64,000 bases of DNA from the IMG/VR virus record IMGVR_UViG_3300027776_000009; one strand, 5' to 3'. Position numbers and translations under genes: made by a program. The DNA comes from a virus. Lineage: Duplodnaviria; Caudoviricetes. The notes below the pieces were generated by a model, which searched no databases, was not told the origin of the DNA, and worked only from the letters and a program-made list of their open reading frames with translations. Positions 1 to 9,726 of this stretch are shown piece after piece; positions within the stretch are counted from its first letter, which is position 1, and each line of letters begins with the position of its first letter.

Positions 1-20
1 GTAACTAGAAAGTGCTGCGT

Positions 21-3000
21 TTAACCACATGCGCCGATAGCACCACAGGAAGTACATTTCTTACAGCCGTCCACCTTGATGACTGCAAACTCGCCACACT
101 CGCCGCACTTGGCCCCACCCATTACTTGAAGACCCCCTTTGATCTCAGCGTCAGATTGAACGGCATTCTTGATCGCTGCCATGGTGTTGCTGAACATGGT
201 GAGTGCTTTCATGGACGACATGATCTTCAGATCAACAGTCCGGAAGTTGGTATCCAGAAAACCGCGCTCTTGCAGCATTTCTTGCAATGCGTAAGCCAAG
301 GCGGCGACTTCCGATTCATGATGGCGGGTACCCTTACTTCCATCCGGCCGATCAATCTGACCATAACGAACCAACCCCTTGTCCCAGACAACTTCACGCA
401 GATCCGCCAGAGCATCTGCTACCGACGCTCCAGACCTTGAAATCTGAGACAGGAGCCGCATGGTAGCAGCAACCCATTGCTGAGAATCGTCTTGCTGACC
501 CGCAGGGACAAAGAACTCGATCGGGCGTTCGATCGCGATGGCTTCACCATTGTGAACACCATCTACAACCATGAACGAGACCGAGAGATAGATCTTCTTC
601 TCGCCTTCCAGCGTGTAGTACACCATTTTGCGAGTAATCGCATTAAGGTCGCCGGCCGGGCGTGATTTGAACTTCACCGTCAGGGGATCCAGATCCTTCA
701 ACGCACCCACCGGAAATTCGTCTCCCACTTTCGGTTCCTCGGCAACAGACAAGACCGCACCCAGGATGTTGTTGGGGCGATACGTAGCCAAACCTTTCAG
801 CCCGGCTTTCCAGCCGTTGTAGTACAGGTCCTTGAACTCTTCGTACGGGTAGTCCGCCGGAACATTCACCGTCTTGGAGATGCTGGTGTCGATATAGGGT
901 TGCACCACTTCCAGCATCCGCATATGGTCGTCAGCCGACATTTCAAGAGCAGTGACGAAGTAGCTCGGCAAATTGTTGACATCCCCACCCAGATGGCGAT
1001 ACAGGCGCCACGCATGGTCTTCAACCGGCAGAATCTTGCTGCTACCATCATCCATTCGCTTCTTGCGATTGTAGGTCCAGCTAAATGCTGGCTCAATACC
1101 ATTGGAGGCGTTGTCGGCGAAGGACAAGGAAATGGTTCCAGTCGGCGCGATCGACAGCAGATGGCTGTTGCGAATACCGTTCGCTCGGATATAGTCGCGG
1201 ATGTGCTCCGGCAGTCGACGTGCGAAGCCGCTATCCAGATACTTGTCGGCATCGAACATCGGGAACACCCCTTTCTCGATAGCCAGCTTCACCGATGCAC
1301 GATAGGCCTCATCACGCATGATTCGAGAGACCTGTTCAGCGAAGTGGAGGCCTTCCGGAGAGTTGTACTTGATTCTCATCATGACCAGAGCATCGCCAAG
1401 ACCGGTGAACCCCAGACCAATCCGGCGTTTGGAGTCAGACTGTTCCTTCTGCTGTTCCAACGGCCAGTAGGTAAGATCGAGCACGTTGTCAAGCATACGT
1501 ACACCAAGCCCAACAACCTCAATGAACTTCTCGGTGTCAAACGTTGCGCGTTCCGTGAAGGGGTCGATGATTAACTTCGTCAGATTGATGGAACCCAAAT
1601 CACAGCAACCATAATTCGGCAACGGTTGTTCCGCACACTGTCCAGTTACCAACCCATTAAAAATGACCGTATTATTGTCGGCCTGAGTGGTATCATAAAC
1701 TGCCTCTACCCCGATATACTCGATGCTGGTGATAGCGGCCGTAAAGGACTGCGTCTTATACAGTTTCTTCCCGTCCATCCAGGCAAGAAGTTTATCGTTC
1801 ATCTCGGGAAGCAGAAAACCGATATGTTGAGCGAATGCATTTCGCGACTCACCATCAACAATCAGTTCATAGCTATCCTTGCAAGGATAGCTGGCGTACC
1901 CTCCGCGCCCATCCGGCAGTTCACGGAAACCGGCAACCCGCGCGAGTCTTATCGTGGAGAAAACCCCGAAGTTAGCCAGCAACATCTGGATCTCACCCAG
2001 ATAGTCCTCGGAGATAGAGGAGAGACGGATGGAACAGGTATTGCTACCTTGATTGACGAGGATGGTTCCGTCCGTTTGAAACAGGCCGTGCAGATAGCCC
2101 CGAACACAGCTCTCAGACCCCTTCCAAACTACTTCAGGTACAACCAGTTTTGTCCGTGCGTTGAAACCGAAATCCCGATCAAGAACACTGGCAAGCACCA
2201 CCGAACGAATGGACTCCATGTCACGACCTTCGATGGAAACGCTTTCAACACGTCGGTAACGCGGTTCATCGCGAATCAAACGGTTGACAGCGGCAACGCA
2301 TTCTGAAGCCACTGCACGATTCTCGCCCCAAAGCCCGACGCAGGCGGCAACTCCATTACCCCGAGCGGTGAAGTGACCATCGCCCGCAATCAGTCCCATC
2401 AGCATCCCGAGTTCGTAACTTCCCTCTGTCCCGAACTGACCAAGCCCGCTTTGCACCAACAAAACGTCATCAAGCGTCAGATCGCGCAGTTTAACCTTAC
2501 CCCGGGTGGTGTAGAAATCGTGCCACTCCGTGGCCTTGATCGTATATCCGGCCTGTGTCGTAATTTGGTAAACATCGGCAAGTTCGGCGGTCATGAACAC
2601 CGGCACTGCCGGGCGGATATCAACACCACGGGGTGCAGTTCCAAGCGCACGCTTGTCGACGGTTACTTGGAGGGTCTCTTGAGACCGATAGAGCTCGTCC
2701 ATCCGAACCAAACCATATTGGGTAGCCAAGCGCGTATCGCCGGTCACGCACGGGTTGGTGGCCTCAATGTCTTCGCAATAGTACAGGTTGTTTTCCTGAT
2801 TCATGCGGTCGACGTAGAGGATACCGGGCTCGGCATGGTCATAGGTCGATTGCATGACCTGATCCCAAAGGGCACGCGCTTTGACCGTTCGATAAACCCA
2901 CATACCGTCTTCACGTTGGAAAGCACCGAGTTCAGCAATGACCTCAGGGTGCGGTTCAGCAACGTGAACCAGTTGGAAGTCGGCATCTTTTTCGACAGCT

Positions 3001-3614
3001 TCCATGAAAGCATCAGTCACGGCAATCGAGATGTTGAAGTTCTTCAGATCACCCGTATCCTTGGCATGAATGAACTCTTCGATGTCCGGATGATCACAGT
3101 TGAGTACACCCATCTGGGCACCACGGCGCGCCCCTGCTGACTCAACGGTCTCACAGGTCTTGTCAAAGACGCGCATGAAACTGACGGGTCCCGAAGAGCG
3201 AGAGTTAGTGGCCGAAACAAAGCCACCGCAGGGTCGCAAATGCGAAAAGTTGTAACCGACCCCGCCGCCGCGACGCAGGGTTTCGGCTGCTTCCTCCAGT
3301 GCTTTCATGATACTCGGGCGCCCGTCCTTTGCCATTCCGCGCATGGCGTCACCGATTGGTTGGACGAAGCAGTTGATCAATGTGGCTTGGATATTCGTAC
3401 CGGCTGCCGAAGAGATACGACCGGCAGGAATGAAGCCACTATCCAGAGCGTAGTAGAAGCGCTCTTCGTAGTCCTCGCGAACATTTTCGTTCTCGACAGA
3501 GGCCAGCGCTTTGGCTACACGCCGCCGATTCTGATCCAGTGTAACTTCGCCATTTTTGGCGTACTTCTCGATGAAAACTTCGATGCTGACTTCCTGGAGC
3601 TGCAGTTGGTTCAT
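21..3614 (-). CDS. nrdJ: Class II (B12-dependent) ribonucleotide reductase, intein-containing, with C-terminal TSCPD-like domain and Zn ribbon
   Basis: Motifs PAGRI, TLINCFV, RRGGGVG, RRGAQM, NP[intein]CAEQPL, RRIGLG, IAPTGTIS, GIEP and SISKTVN; terminal CGEC...CTSC Zn ribbon. Confidence 0.95.
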   Translation of the reverse strand: MNQLQLQEVSIEVFIEKYAKNGEVTLDQNRRRVAKALASVENENVREDYEERFYYALDSGFIPAGRISSAAGTNIQATLINCFVQPIGDAMRGMAKDGRPSIMKALEEAAETLRRGGGVGYNFSHLRPCGGFVSATNSRSSGPVSFMRVFDKTCETVESAGARRGAQMGVLNCDHPDIEEFIHAKDTGDLKNFNISIAVTDAFMEAVEKDADFQLVHVAEPHPEVIAELGAFQREDGMWVYRTVKARALWDQVMQSTYDHAEPGILYVDRMNQENNLYYCEDIEATNPCVTGDTRLATQYGLVRMDELYRSQETLQVTVDKRALGTAPRGVDIRPAVPVFMTAELADVYQITTQAGYTIKATEWHDFYTTRGKVKLRDLTLDDVLLVQSGLGQFGTEGSYELGMLMGLIAGDGHFTARGNGVAACVGLWGENRAVASECVAAVNRLIRDEPRYRRVESVSIEGRDMESIRSVVLASVLDRDFGFNARTKLVVPEVVWKGSESCVRGYLHGLFQTDGTILVNQGSNTCSIRLSSISEDYLGEIQMLLANFGVFSTIRLARVAGFRELPDGRGGYASYPCKDSYELIVDGESRNAFAQHIGFLLPEMNDKLLAWMDGKKLYKTQSFTAAITSIEYIGVEAVYDTTQADNNTVIFNGLVTGQCAEQPLPNYGCCDLGSINLTKLIIDPFTERATFDTEKFIEVVGLGVRMLDNVLDLTYWPLEQQKEQSDSKRRIGLGFTGLGDALVMMRIKYNSPEGLHFAEQVSRIMRDEAYRASVKLAIEKGVFPMFDADKYLDSGFARRLPEHIRDYIRANGIRNSHLLSIAPTGTISLSFADNASNGIEPAFSWTYNRKKRMDDGSSKILPVEDHAWRLYRHLGGDVNNLPSYFVTALEMSADDHMRMLEVVQPYIDTSISKTVNVPADYPYEEFKDLYYNGWKAGLKGLATYRPNNILGAVLSVAEEPKVGDEFPVGALKDLDPLTVKFKSRPAGDLNAITRKMVYYTLEGEKKIYLSVSFMVVDGVHNGEAIAIERPIEFFVPAGQQDDSQQWVAATMRLLSQISRSGASVADALADLREVVWDKGLVRYGQIDRPDGSKGTRHHESEVAALAYALQEMLQERGFLDTNFRTVDLKIMSSMKALTMFSNTMAAIKNAVQSDAEIKGGLQVMGGAKCGECGEFAVIKVDGCKKCTSCGAIGACG
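1638..2750 (-). mobile_element. Intein (371 aa) with LAGLIDADG homing endonuclease, inserted at the RNR active-site NPCxE motif
   Basis: Begins CVTGDT and ends VYDTTQADNNTVIFNGLVTGQ/C; block B IKATEWHDF; LAGLIDADG motifs MGLIAGDG and LHGLFQTDG; removal restores ATNPCAEQPL. Confidence 0.93.
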
Positions 3615-3679
3615 GATATCCCCGTTGGGTTGTTAAAGTGTAGACACGTAGGATGTCCAAAAAAATAAAATCTAACTAG

Positions 3680-3718
3680 GGCATATGAAAAGGGGACCCA
3701 ATGCCCCTTTTCATGCAT
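3680..3718 (-). terminator. Hairpin terminator followed on the - strand by TATGCC
   Basis: ATGAAAAGGGG/CCCCTTTTCAT inverted repeat flanked by GGCATA. Confidence 0.7.
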
Positions 3719-3728
3719 GGTGTTGTGA

Positions 3729-4022
3729 CTACGAGTTGCATGTGTTGTATGGTGAGTAGATCTCGTAACGATTAAAATGCCGAATCAACATCGGACTACG
3801 CGTGGGTGGTCGCTCGAAGACATCCCCATGTAGTACTTTTCCATAGAAACCTTTCCAACAGGGTGGGAACCCTACACTAAAACATCCATCTCCACCATTC
3901 AGGAAGAACATGGTTACCGTAGTGGGGAGTGGAATAATACCTTGTTGTAACTTCAGGTTGACACGACGATATTCTGCAATGACAGCTTCGATATCCTCGG
4001 TCGTTGTTATTAACTCGGACAT
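3729..4022 (-). CDS. Hypothetical protein
   Basis: Start moved to ATG at 4022 (GGAGG SD, adjacent to upstream stop). Confidence 0.6.
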   Translation of the reverse strand: MSELITTTEDIEAVIAEYRRVNLKLQQGIIPLPTTVTMFFLNGGDGCFSVGFPPCWKGFYGKVLHGDVFERPPTRSPMLIRHFNRYEIYSPYNTCNS

Positions 4023-4023
4023 C

Positions 4024-4227
4024 TTACACCTCCACTTGTTTGAGAATCTGTTCCCAAGAAGCTTCACCCTCCGTATACACCGACCCATCTGTCAGATAAG
4101 CCGTAGCACGCACTCCCGTTTCTACAATAGTGAAGATTTCGGACTCCGTTTCTTCCGTAGCTTGCGTCTTTACCTTCAAGTGGTCTGTTTCAAACCACGT
4201 ATGTCCATCATCCAGAGAAATCAGCAT
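4024..4227 (-). CDS. Hypothetical acidic small protein
   Basis: Tightly packed in the - strand operon with a G-rich SD. Confidence 0.6.
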   Translation of the reverse strand: MLISLDDGHTWFETDHLKVKTQATEETESEIFTIVETGVRATAYLTDGSVYTEGEASWEQILKQVEV

Positions 4228-4236
4228 ACCTACCCC

Positions 4237-4755
4237 CTAAAACAATTCCATCATCCAACCATCGCAGCGATCGCACCAGCCGGTTGGCCAGTTGTAAATC
4301 ATACCATCGTCGTCGACAACTATTTGGTGCTCACCCCAGACAAAGATCAGATTCTTGATCACGCCACGCTTGATCAATACGCGCAAGTAACTAACTTCCA
4401 ATGGGCCACCCACAGTAAATCTCGAACCACGCTCGATCAAGCTGTTGATATTCTCTTCAACAACAGCTTCAGGGAAAACCAAGCCGATCTTATCATCGTA
4501 CCCAACACGCATGATTCCATCGTTGTCAACCAGCGGAATCCGACCATGGGTTTCTAGAGTATAGCCGCACTCCGTCACCATATCGGCAATGTGTATCACA
4601 GTGCTTCCACCGACGTTGGGCAAGCATGAGATTCCTTTTCTTCCTCGTGCAATGACATCAGCAAGAGTGTGAGCACCATCCGCCGTCAGTGCATTGAGTG
4701 CCCGAGTAGCAAACCCAATCTCAACGATGGGTGTTGAAAGTGGAACACGATTCAT
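4237..4755 (-). CDS. Protein with an N-terminal RNA polymerase alpha-CTD-like (HhH) domain
   Basis: IVEIGFATRALNAL...HTLADV...CLPNVGGSTVIHIADMVTECGYTL parallels the RpoA CTD pattern L-TVRSANCL...IGDL...PNLGKKSLTEI...GLSL. Confidence 0.7.
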   Translation of the reverse strand: MNRVPLSTPIVEIGFATRALNALTADGAHTLADVIARGRKGISCLPNVGGSTVIHIADMVTECGYTLETHGRIPLVDNDGIMRVGYDDKIGLVFPEAVVEENINSLIERGSRFTVGGPLEVSYLRVLIKRGVIKNLIFVWGEHQIVVDDDGMIYNWPTGWCDRCDGWMMELF

Positions 4756-4816
4756 GGAGCTATCCCCCTTTTATAAGCAATATGCGCCCAACTCCGAAGA
4801 GTTGGGCTATGGTTGG

Positions 4817-5917
4817 TCAAGTAGCAACAGCGATCTTGATTGCCGGGTGAGGATCGTAACCCTCAATACCGTCACAGATGCGCTGAATGATTTCAGATTT
4901 GTCCTCGATGTACGGATTCATGATATCCGACAGATTCACCAAGGCATCCAGGCGGAACTTGGGCATGGGGCGAATGTCGCGCATCATCATGATATCCACC
5001 TCAGCCATCTGGTTGGAGTAGATGTGTGCATCACCAGTACTGATGATCAATTCACCCGGCAGGTAACCACATTCCATCGCCAACAAATGTGTCAACAACG
5101 CGTAGCTGGCGATATTGAAGGGTGCACCCACGGGGACATCCCAACTCCGCTGATACAGATGCAGATCCAGGTAACGGCTGCACACGCCCAGCTTGTCCAG
5201 CAGCTCGTGCGTCGCCGCATGGTCCGTGCTGGCATCTATTCCCAAGCGCATTCCGATACTAGCCAGGTGGGTGTTGTAGTACTCCAACCGTTCTTCAAGC
5301 GTCATGTCACGGACGTAGCACTGCCAAAATGGGTGGCAGGGTGCAAGCGACATCCGACCCTCCAGAACGTTCTGTTGCGGTGATTTGGATTCATCCGGCA
5401 GATCGGTAACGCTCCACGCAGAGACAATGTGCCGCCGCGAATACGGATTGTGTTTCAGGCTATTAACCAACCCACGTATTTGATCAACACGCTCTCTTCC
5501 GACCTGTCCATCGGAAAGATCCGCAACACCGCACCAGTTGCGCCACTGACCGCCGTAAATGGGACCCAGAGAACCGATTCGCCTTGTGTCAATAGCATTA
5601 ACCCCATCGATTGTTACCGGGTTAGCCTGTGCGAATTCTTCAGTAAGGACCCACTGGTCCCAGATCCCGCGTTGATCTTTGTTCACACTAGAAAGCAACC
5701 GCAGGCGGTTGTTACATGTGCTTCCTTCCAGAAACCAAATCAATTCTGCAACAACTGCCCGCCACGGGGTGCGCTTCAGCGTGACGAGCGGAAAACCTTC
5801 CTGTAGATTGAAGGTAAGTTGGCGACCAAACACAGACAGAGTACCGGTACCGGTGCGATCCCCACGACGACGGCCATTGGTCAAAATATCGCGAAGCAGG
5901 TTCTTGTACTGTTGCAT
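4817..5917 (-). CDS. thyA: Thymidylate synthase
   Basis: DRTGTGT, FPLVTLK, ELIWFL, GPIYGGQWR, LAPCH (catalytic Cys), YQRSWD, PFNIASY, GDAHIY. Confidence 0.97.
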   Translation of the reverse strand: MQQYKNLLRDILTNGRRRGDRTGTGTLSVFGRQLTFNLQEGFPLVTLKRTPWRAVVAELIWFLEGSTCNNRLRLLSSVNKDQRGIWDQWVLTEEFAQANPVTIDGVNAIDTRRIGSLGPIYGGQWRNWCGVADLSDGQVGRERVDQIRGLVNSLKHNPYSRRHIVSAWSVTDLPDESKSPQQNVLEGRMSLAPCHPFWQCYVRDMTLEERLEYYNTHLASIGMRLGIDASTDHAATHELLDKLGVCSRYLDLHLYQRSWDVPVGAPFNIASYALLTHLLAMECGYLPGELIISTGDAHIYSNQMAEVDIMMMRDIRPMPKFRLDALVNLSDIMNPYIEDKSEIIQRICDGIEGYDPHPAIKIAVAT

Positions 5918-5960
5918 GTTGTTACTCCTTGGGTTGTTTTTCCGCCGTTCAAGTCACGGG

Positions 5961-6242
5961 TTATGCTGTTGATGAACGGCGTTTAGTGGTGTGTCGTTCG
6001 CGGATGGTCGATATCCAGTATTTCAAACCTGCCGTACCACCCGGTAGTGTTTTGTCCGAAAGAACCGGTATGGCACCTAACGACCATCGCCAATCCAAAT
6101 ACTGTCTACCGCTTTCTAGGTGAAGTATTTGCACGCGGTAGAAGAAACCAGGCAGGTTACCGTGTTTAAACTCAGCGATGGTTAGTTTGTTGTCAAACCT
6201 GTCTCGGGTTTTTACTTTCCGAACACATGTCAGTTGTTTCAT
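5961..6242 (-). CDS. Hypothetical protein
   Basis: ORF in co-directional gene run. Confidence 0.55.
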   Translation of the reverse strand: MKQLTCVRKVKTRDRFDNKLTIAEFKHGNLPGFFYRVQILHLESGRQYLDWRWSLGAIPVLSDKTLPGGTAGLKYWISTIRERHTTKRRSSTA

Positions 6243-6687
6243 ATTTCAAACCCAGAGATGGAATACGTCCTTTCCCGTGACAAGTGTGACAGTGGAGCCC
6301 ATCATCCTTACCAGTCCCACCACACTTACCACATTGGTAAACATCCGCATCAGTCAACGGCATCTTGCGTGCACCGGCTGTAAAGACCCGATACGCACGC
6401 CCTCCCTTATAGGTGCAAGCATTATACCCATCATCACCCCCCACGATGACCTTAGCAGCCATATCCGAACGCAGAAGCGCATCGCGTCCGGACTTACTGG
6501 GGACATCTCCATCATAAAGCGGTCCTCGTTCATACAAAGCAACGAGAGTGTCAATCTCTGCACCAGACATCCGAAGCACGTCACCAATGAGCCTCTCAGC
6601 TTCCAGGACCTCATCAGCGCTGCTCAGTTTTCGATCCATATGCAAGACCTTCAGCAGCGAATCCAGTGTTACAACTTTTTGTTCCAT
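6193..6687 (-). CDS. Hypothetical protein with a DnaJ-type CxxCxGxG zinc-finger pair
   Basis: CGKCGGTG...CHTCHGKG; AAGGAG SD. Confidence 0.7.
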   Translation of the reverse strand: MEQKVVTLDSLLKVLHMDRKLSSADEVLEAERLIGDVLRMSGAEIDTLVALYERGPLYDGDVPSKSGRDALLRSDMAAKVIVGGDDGYNACTYKGGRAYRVFTAGARKMPLTDADVYQCGKCGGTGKDDGLHCHTCHGKGRIPSLGLKYETTDMCSESKNPRQV

Positions 6688-6716
6688 GATGTTACTCCTT
6701 AAAACTTGTGAGGGGG

Positions 6717-7151
6717 TTAGACATCTGTTCCAACCAATGTAACCGAATGAGTACGGATGTTATCCGCAGTCGGTTGCCACGCAGCAATCTTCAAACGGAC
6801 TGCTGGGTCAATATCCATGATCCACGGGATTGTGCTTTCCAGTAGCTTATCAACACCAATGTCACGCACTCCCGCCAGTACCTCACCGTCTGGTACTTTG
6901 TCATCAATGACAAGCATCATGATGCCGTCTTCCAGAGCATTGCAGTACCGCTTCGGACAGCGGTAAGCATTCTGGATAACTGGACTATCAATAGGCGTTA
7001 AGTATTCCCCCAGACCCGATACGAGTTCACCGTAACTGGCTGAGTTACAGTACACCATCATCAGAGGTCGTTGAATCCCTTTATGCGGTCGGATATTCAC
7101 AGACGTTGTGCGAAAACGGTTCAGTAAAGCCGAAATAGAGTTTACACTCAT
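6717..7151 (-). CDS. Hypothetical protein (presumptive early gene)
   Basis: AGGAG SD; repeated promoter-like motif about 35 nt upstream. Confidence 0.7.
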   Translation of the reverse strand: MSVNSISALLNRFRTTSVNIRPHKGIQRPLMMVYCNSASYGELVSGLGEYLTPIDSPVIQNAYRCPKRYCNALEDGIMMLVIDDKVPDGEVLAGVRDIGVDKLLESTIPWIMDIDPAVRLKIAAWQPTADNIRTHSVTLVGTDV

Positions 7152-7184
7152 GTTATCTCTCCTATGAGGTGTATAGTCAACTAG

Positions 7185-7198
7185 GTGATATGTATCTG
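7185..7198 (-). promoter_or_regulatory. Putative phage early promoter motif CAGATACATATCAC
   Basis: Identical 14-mer at 26292-26305 and 49683-49696, 2-nt variant at 49200-49213; all intergenic and upstream of - strand genes. Confidence 0.7.
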
Positions 7199-7205
7199 GA
7201 TACGT

Positions 7206-7643
7206 TTACGTTAAGGGTCCGTAAATGTACGCCTTCACTGCGGTCTTATCAAACCGTTCACGAATTAATGCACGCACATCAGCCCAATTAAGTTCCCCAC
7301 ATCCACATCCCAACATGGGTATGGCAATAGTGGGAATATTCTCAGCCTCGCACGCTTTGATGGTAGCGTCTAAACCCGCTGCAATCCACTCAAGTTTTGA
7401 GGGATCACGCCAGTGCCGTTTCGTAGGTAGCGAAATGAAGACTGTCGATTTATCAAGCCAGTACAGCGACACTGAACCAACCTCCAGAAAATCGCAACTG
7501 GCTTTGTAATCTTCTTCCCATCCCGGTACCAAATCAGCAGCCTGTTTTGCCAACCCTTTTCCCGGAACCCCGACAGTGTTAACAGGGATTACAATTCCGG
7601 CTGCCCGTGTCGTAAGGATGTTACCAAAAGCAGGTTCGTACAT
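7206..7643 (-). CDS. Macrodomain protein (DarG/Poa1-like ADP-ribosylhydrolase)
   Basis: VIPVNTVGVPGKGLA, LPTKRHWRDPSKLEWI, IAIPMLGCGCGELNW; start reassigned to ATG 7643. Confidence 0.88.
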   Translation of the reverse strand: MYEPAFGNILTTRAAGIVIPVNTVGVPGKGLAKQAADLVPGWEEDYKASCDFLEVGSVSLYWLDKSTVFISLPTKRHWRDPSKLEWIAAGLDATIKACEAENIPTIAIPMLGCGCGELNWADVRALIRERFDKTAVKAYIYGPLT

Positions 7644-7700
7644 ATTCGTTCTCCAAAAAAGAAAAGGGAGGAACACCTCCCTTGGTTATGCTGCTATGCC

Positions 7701-9041
7701 TTACATCGCCTTCGGAATAGCGTCGATAAACGCATTGAAGTCGTGACGATTTTCAGACAAAGCCTGCGCCAGATCACACCCGGGGATATCTGAGAAAACC
7801 ACATCAGGGATCGACTTGCCAGGCCAGATCCGCGTGATGTAGTCAACAATGGCCTCGTGATGCAGATGCGGGATTTCAACGGTTACGTCCACCCGCCCCC
7901 AACGCAGGCAGGCAGGATCAACCTGATCGATTGTGTTAGTCGTCATGATGACAACCACATCATCCAGAGGAACCACACCATCAATGGCTTGGAGGAATCC
8001 CTGCAAAGAGCCCAGACTGTAACTCTTCAGCAACGACTCAATCGTCGAATCCTTTCCACCGCCTTCATCCTCGAGTGATAATTGACGCTTTGCCGGAATG
8101 ACCAAAGACCCTCCCAACTTTTCAGCTTCCCGGGCATCTTCAGCATCCGTATCACTTTCACGCTTTGCCTTCAGGCGCTGAGCTTCACCTTCCATACCGC
8201 GACGGATACAGAAATCCCCATTGGCGTTGAAATCATCCATGAACAGGATATCGCCAGGCTGAACCGATGAGATCGCCATGAAAAGCTGCTCTTCCGAGAG
8301 TCCGCTGGGGCTGAGGCGATTGATGTTGCTCTTGTAATGCGTTGCCAGCGCCCGTGTCAGAGAAGTCTTCCCGGTCCCAGGAGGTCCGTAAAGCATGATG
8401 ACCAACTTGTACGGGATACCCGTTTGAACATACCACTCACGCGCCGCCTTGAACTCATCAATCGCGCTGATGATCTTGTTCAACACAGCCTTGTCAATGG
8501 CAATGGTGTCCAAGGGTCGCGGCGCGACTTTGGTTTGATTGCTCCAGCCGTCCCCTTTCCAACTGTAGCTGTAGATGCGTTCACCGCGAGACTCCTTCAC
8601 CTGAAACTCTGCCAAGAGATTCAGCAAGGGTTTCTGGTCACGTCCATAGGTGCTGATCATGACCGTGTTCTGGGTCTCATTCGGCATCTTGTGCGTTTCA
8701 CGATTGAACCAGAACAACCGCCCCTTGTGCCAGAAGTAATACTTGCCGTTGGCTGGACCCAACGCGGTGAGTCGGTTCCAGTCCTCATCGCGATAGTAAT
8801 CCAGCACGATGTTCCGGATCTTCTTGGAAGCGGGATGCTTAAAGAACCACTGCATGAACGCGTAGAAGTTCGGTTCGTTTGAATACTGTCCGGTGGACAG
8901 CGTGAGGGTCACAGTGAGTTGGTCAGTGGTGAAGGTGATCAGCTTATCAGGGATGTTGCTGATCATCCCTTTCATGAAGTCCGATACCACATTAACCATA
9001 ACCTCCGACATCATTGTTGTCGGGGTGACTTTGTTACGCAT
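7701..9041 (-). CDS. Bcs1-like AAA+ ATPase
   Basis: PRPLDTI...WYVQTGIPYK...LYGPPGTGKTS (Walker A), MTTN...DPACLRWGRVD (SRH) and a Bcs1_N-like segment YYFWHKGRLFWFNRE. Confidence 0.85.
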   Translation of the reverse strand: MRNKVTPTTMMSEVMVNVVSDFMKGMISNIPDKLITFTTDQLTVTLTLSTGQYSNEPNFYAFMQWFFKHPASKKIRNIVLDYYRDEDWNRLTALGPANGKYYFWHKGRLFWFNRETHKMPNETQNTVMISTYGRDQKPLLNLLAEFQVKESRGERIYSYSWKGDGWSNQTKVAPRPLDTIAIDKAVLNKIISAIDEFKAAREWYVQTGIPYKLVIMLYGPPGTGKTSLTRALATHYKSNINRLSPSGLSEEQLFMAISSVQPGDILFMDDFNANGDFCIRRGMEGEAQRLKAKRESDTDAEDAREAEKLGGSLVIPAKRQLSLEDEGGGKDSTIESLLKSYSLGSLQGFLQAIDGVVPLDDVVVIMTTNTIDQVDPACLRWGRVDVTVEIPHLHHEAIVDYITRIWPGKSIPDVVFSDIPGCDLAQALSENRHDFNAFIDAIPKAM

Positions 9042-9112
9042 ATTCCTCTCCTCGGTGGCATAAAAGTTTAGGTCATCACAGAGGATGTCCTAAACTGTGA
9101 AAAGTAACCAGC

Positions 9113-9481
9113 TTACGCTTCTGGGTATGGAAAGAACTTGTCCTTGAACAGCAAAGCGTTTTCCATGCGTTCTCGATCAGCAATTCGCATCCCTTGTTCA
9201 GCCTTCTCCAGCGCGCGCTGGAGATCCGTATTACGATGGTGCAGATAGTTTGGATGCACAGGTCTGGGTGATGCTACTACGCGATATCCGTACCCCACGA
9301 TCTGGACAGGACTCAGTTCGATAACCCCAAATCGCAGACCGAGTCGCGTCTCTTCATAGCGGACCTTCTGCAAGATCCAATCACCATCGCTTGTATGAAA
9401 GTGTTGCGTTTGGTCCAAATAGCGCGGGATAATCTCTCGCGGACCAAACCAATGCGTTAACAATGCATCAAGCAGTTTCAT
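9113..9481 (-). CDS. Hypothetical protein
   Basis: ATGA overlap with upstream ORF. Confidence 0.6.
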   Translation of the reverse strand: MKLLDALLTHWFGPREIIPRYLDQTQHFHTSDGDWILQKVRYEETRLGLRFGVIELSPVQIVGYGYRVVASPRPVHPNYLHHRNTDLQRALEKAEQGMRIADRERMENALLFKDKFFPYPEA

Positions 9482-9726
9482 CCCAATCTTCCCTCAATCC
9501 CAGTTCGTGACATGAAACCAGCCAAAGCAACAGTGGCGTGACAGAACGCTTTACCCCATACCACGATATCCGCACTATTACGAATACGCGTAGTATCGTT
9601 GAAATCAATGTAATTAGCTACAGCGTAGCGATCCTCGGTTGACACACAAACACGCGATCGAGATTTCCGACTGACATCGAAACTAAAAGCAAAACAGACA
9701 GCCATGGCTTGGTCAACGTTGTTCAA
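9478..9726 (-). CDS. Hypothetical protein
   Basis: 4-nt overlaps with both neighbours. Confidence 0.5.
   Translation of the reverse strand: MNNVDQAMAVCFAFSFDVSRKSRSRVCVSTEDRYAVANYIDFNDTTRIRNSADIVVWGKAFCHATVALAGFMSRTGIEGRLG

Noticed and set aside
4817-5917. ThyA as a base-modifying hydroxymethylase
   Set aside because: Retains canonical dUMP-specific motifs (PCH, PFN); no modification cluster nearby
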